A DNA stretch of 64,000 nucleotides from an uncultured delta proteobacterium (GTDB lineage: Bacteria; Desulfobacterota; Desulfobacteria; Desulfobacterales; Desulfosalsimonadaceae): positions 224,001 through 288,000 of the forward strand of contig CAWGYD010000008.1 in the NCBI GenBank assembly GCA_963826785.1. Reading direction: 5' to 3'. The position numbers and the translations under genes are program-made. Of this stretch, positions 61,008 through 64,000 are shown one piece after another (the stretch's first letter is position 1; every line of letters starts with the position of its first letter). The notes below the pieces were generated by a model. That model worked only from the letters and a program-made list of their open reading frames with translations, searched no databases and had not been told where the DNA came from.

Positions 61008-62549
61008 AGATCTTCATCAGCAGCGTGCAAAAGGAATTTGCCGCCGAGCGCAAGGCCCTGGCCGCTTACCTTGCAGGCGATCCGCTGCTGCGGCGCTTTT
61101 TCGAACACTTTCTGTTTGAAGAACAGCCGGCGGCCGATCAGCGGGCCGACCAGTGCTACCTCGACGAGGTGGATCGCTGCGATATCTATCTCGGTATTTT
61201 CGGCAATGATTATGGCCGGGAAGATGCCCAGGGGCTTTCACCGACACACTGTGAGTTCAACCGGGCCACCGAAAAGGGCAAGTGCCGTCTGATCTATGTC
61301 AAGGGGGCCGATGACAGCGCCCGGCATCCGAAAATGAGCGCCCTGATCCGTGATGCCGCAGGCAGCCTGATCCGGCGCCGGTTCAATTCCGCCGAGGAGC
61401 TGATCGCCGGGGTGTATGCGAGTCTGGTCAGGATTCTTGAAGAGCGCGAACTGATCCGTTTCGGACCATTTGATGCCACGTTCTGCAGAAACGCAACGCT
61501 TGACGACCTTGATGAAGACAAGATCACCCGTTTTCTGGTGCTGGCCCGGCGCGGCCGCAATTTCCCCTTGCCGGGGGATACGCCGCCGCATGAGGTGCTG
61601 GCGCATCTCAATTTGCTCGACAAGGGACGGCCGACCCATGCCGCTGTTTTGTTGTTCGGCAGACAGCCGCAACGTTTTCTGATCACCTCCGAAGTGAAAT
61701 GCGCCCATTTCCACGGCTATGAAGTGGCCAAACCCATCCCTTCCTATCAGGTGTACAAAGGCACGGTTTTCGATCTCGTGGATCAGGCCAAGGATTTCGT
61801 GCTCTCCAAGATAGACCTGTGGGTGGGAACCCGGGCGGAAAGCACCCAGGCGCCGACGAAATACGAAATTCCGCAGGAAGTTGTCGCCGAAGCCATCGTC
61901 AATGCCGTCGTGCATCGCGACTACACCAGCAATGCCAGCGTCCAGGTCATGCTCTTTAAGGATCGGCTGGAAGTCTGGAATCCCGGCACCCTGCCGCCGA
62001 CCCTGACCCTTGAAAAACTGCGCGGCCCGCATGCCTCCGTTCCGCATAATCCGCTTCTTGCCGAGCCCATGTACCTGACCAAGTACATCGAACGCATGGG
62101 AACCGGTATCCGTGACATGATCCGGCGATGCCGGAAGGCCGGGCTTGCTGAACCTGAAATCAGGCTTGACGGCGGGTTTTTTGTGTTGACGATCCGGAGG
62201 AAAAAGACTGAGCCGGGGACCAGTCGGAACCAGGTCGGGACCAGGTCACCCCGCAAGATACCCACCAGTCGACGGTACCAGTCACCCCACCAGTCGCGGA
62301 GGTTACGTCTCTCGACTCTCGCCTGCGTCGGATCAAGTGGCCCTCTTGGCAACGCCGAAATTCTTGAAGATCTATGGTCTTAAAGATCGTACGCATCTCC
62401 GTGAGCATTATATCGACCCAGCCCTTGCAGACGGACTGGTGGAGCGTACCATCCCCGACAAACCCACCAGTCGCCTCCAGAAATACCGGCTCACGGAAAA
62501 GGGACGCGAATTACTGGAGCGATTGGAAAAGGGAAAGGGCCGGTCATGA
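61004..62549 (+). CDS. DUF4062 + RecG-C/HATPase_c_4-like domain + C-terminal HTH protein; frameshifts in the repetitive linker near 62220-62340
   Basis: MKIFISSVQKEF..ER, EAIVNAVVHRDY, IERMGTGI, TIPDKPTSRLQKYRLT. Confidence 0.82.
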
Positions 62550-62665
62550 AAAACATTGTGGCTACAGGACAAGTCGAGGCCCAAGAGGCCCAAGTCGGAC
62601 ACCCACCAGTCAAGTCAACAGTCGGCGGGCAAGGATTTGAAGAAGATTTTGGAGAAGATCGGGGT

Positions 62666-63933
62666 ATGAGTGACTGCACGTATCAAGCTTTCACGAATGT
62701 TGCCAGAACTTGTGAATGGCCGGCGATCGCTTTCGAAATCAACAGGGCGTATGACGAAGCTCGTGACGGGACATCGTCCGTTCTATCAAGCGAAAAAAGA
62801 TTCTATGGAGCCACTTATCCAAACGAACGGATCAGATTGCATGTGCGCCGAAGAATGCTGTCGGAAAGCCAGGCGACATTCTTGTCGCGAACGCGCGCCG
62901 GTTGGAGCGACAAATCTTGAACCAAAGATCGTTGCTTGTATCTGGACGTGGCATCGCTGCAGTTCGGGACAAATGGCATCGATCCGCGATTTTCTCTATT
63001 GGCTCAATTCGTAAGACCTTAGATGTGAAGCTATATTATCGACAGCCTCGGGTCAAGTGACTGACTATCACAGGCGAATCAACTAGCAATCACAGTTGGC
63101 TGAATTGCCGATCAATGCACTCCCATCCCACTCCCCGAGCAAAAGAAGATCGCGCACATCCTTTCGACGGTGCAGCGGGCGATCGAAGCGCAGGAGCGGA
63201 TCATTCAGACCACCACCGAGCTGAAAAAGGCCCTCATGCACAAGCTCTTCACCGAAGGCCTCCGCAACGAACCCCAAAAACAAACCGAAATCGGCCCCGT
63301 CCCCGAAAGCTGGGAGGTGGTGCCGTTGTCGATGTCTGCCGATTCCAAAGTGGAGGCACTCCCATCCAAGAAGAACCCGGAATTCTGGCAAGGAACCATT
63401 CCTTGGGTTTCGACCAAGGACATGAAACGCCCCTGCATAACGAAGTTCCAGACCAATCCCCCAAGAAGCACTCGAGAATCGAAAGCAACTTGCACCCGGC
63501 GGTTTCGCTCTTAATCGTCGTTCGACGAGGAATGATCTTGGCAAAGACTGCCGGTCGCGCTCGCAGAAGTTCCGATGGCTATCGAATCAAGAATGAAGGC
63601 CATCATTCCACCAAAGGCTCAAAATCCGCTCCGTATTTCTTTCATCTACTTCAAAACATTACGAGGCAACCTGTCAGAAAGATCGGACGCATCCGGGCAC
63701 GCGAACCGCGCAACTCAATGAGGCCATCGAGATCTCGGAGTTCAAAATCCACTTCCCGACTTGGACACGCAGGAAGAGATCGCATCAGCAATCAAAGCGC
63801 TCGAACGAAAACGAGCTTCATGAACAGAAAGCGAAAACGACTCCAAGACCTCTTCCGCACCCTCCTTCACGAACTGATGACCGCGAAAACCCGCGTTCAG
63901 AACCTTACTTTATCCGAGGATAGTTATGAATGA
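62666..63933 (+). CDS. hsdS: Type I RM specificity subunit, heavily frameshifted in both TRDs
   Basis: Central conserved region [36 protein letters not shown] and terminal [11 protein letters not shown]; the start is inferred. Confidence 0.8.
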
Positions 63934-64000
63934 TCCAAGAGGCTCATATTGGAGGCGCTGGGACCTCCACGTGCATACGCCATACTCCGAGCTCAACAAT
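63926..64000 (+). CDS. N-terminus of a PHP-domain protein (TrlF/Ppl-like PHP-ATPase), truncated by the window edge
   Basis: [29 protein letters not shown]; overlaps the hsdS stop. Confidence 0.7.
   Translation, partial: MNDPRGSYWRRWDLHVHTPYSELNN

Overview
Gene-dense, GC-rich bacterial window. Gene content suggests an anaerobic Desulfobacterales-like deltaproteobacterium (inference). Many single-base frameshifts, mostly in homopolymers, point to an imperfectly polished long-read assembly. Main blocks: a TetR-controlled FAD oxidoreductase/amidohydrolase unit; transporters and a molbindin; emrAB and an ArnT-like glycosyltransferase; a SWIM-SNF2 helicase; nadE; a porin + surface-anchored diheme protein + tupAB + HTH/PBP regulator locus (the best candidate for an undescribed tungsten/molybdenum-linked system); an ADHAP-synthase-like oxidoreductase with an FGGY kinase; a sigma54-type glnD-amtB-glnK-glnA cluster; a GalT-fold hypothetical protein; a crcB/RND/CDF/ars resistance region; and the start of a type I RM defence locus. 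Intergenic DNA carries several small palindromic repeat families: a CCCCCCTCRAGGGGGG family (at least 7 loci, one amplified in tandem), a 141-bp MITE with a 6-bp target duplication, and a REP doublet inserted in-frame in hsdM. No rRNA, tRNA, CRISPR array, integrase or transposase was recognised. All family assignments come from motif recognition by eye, not from database searches.
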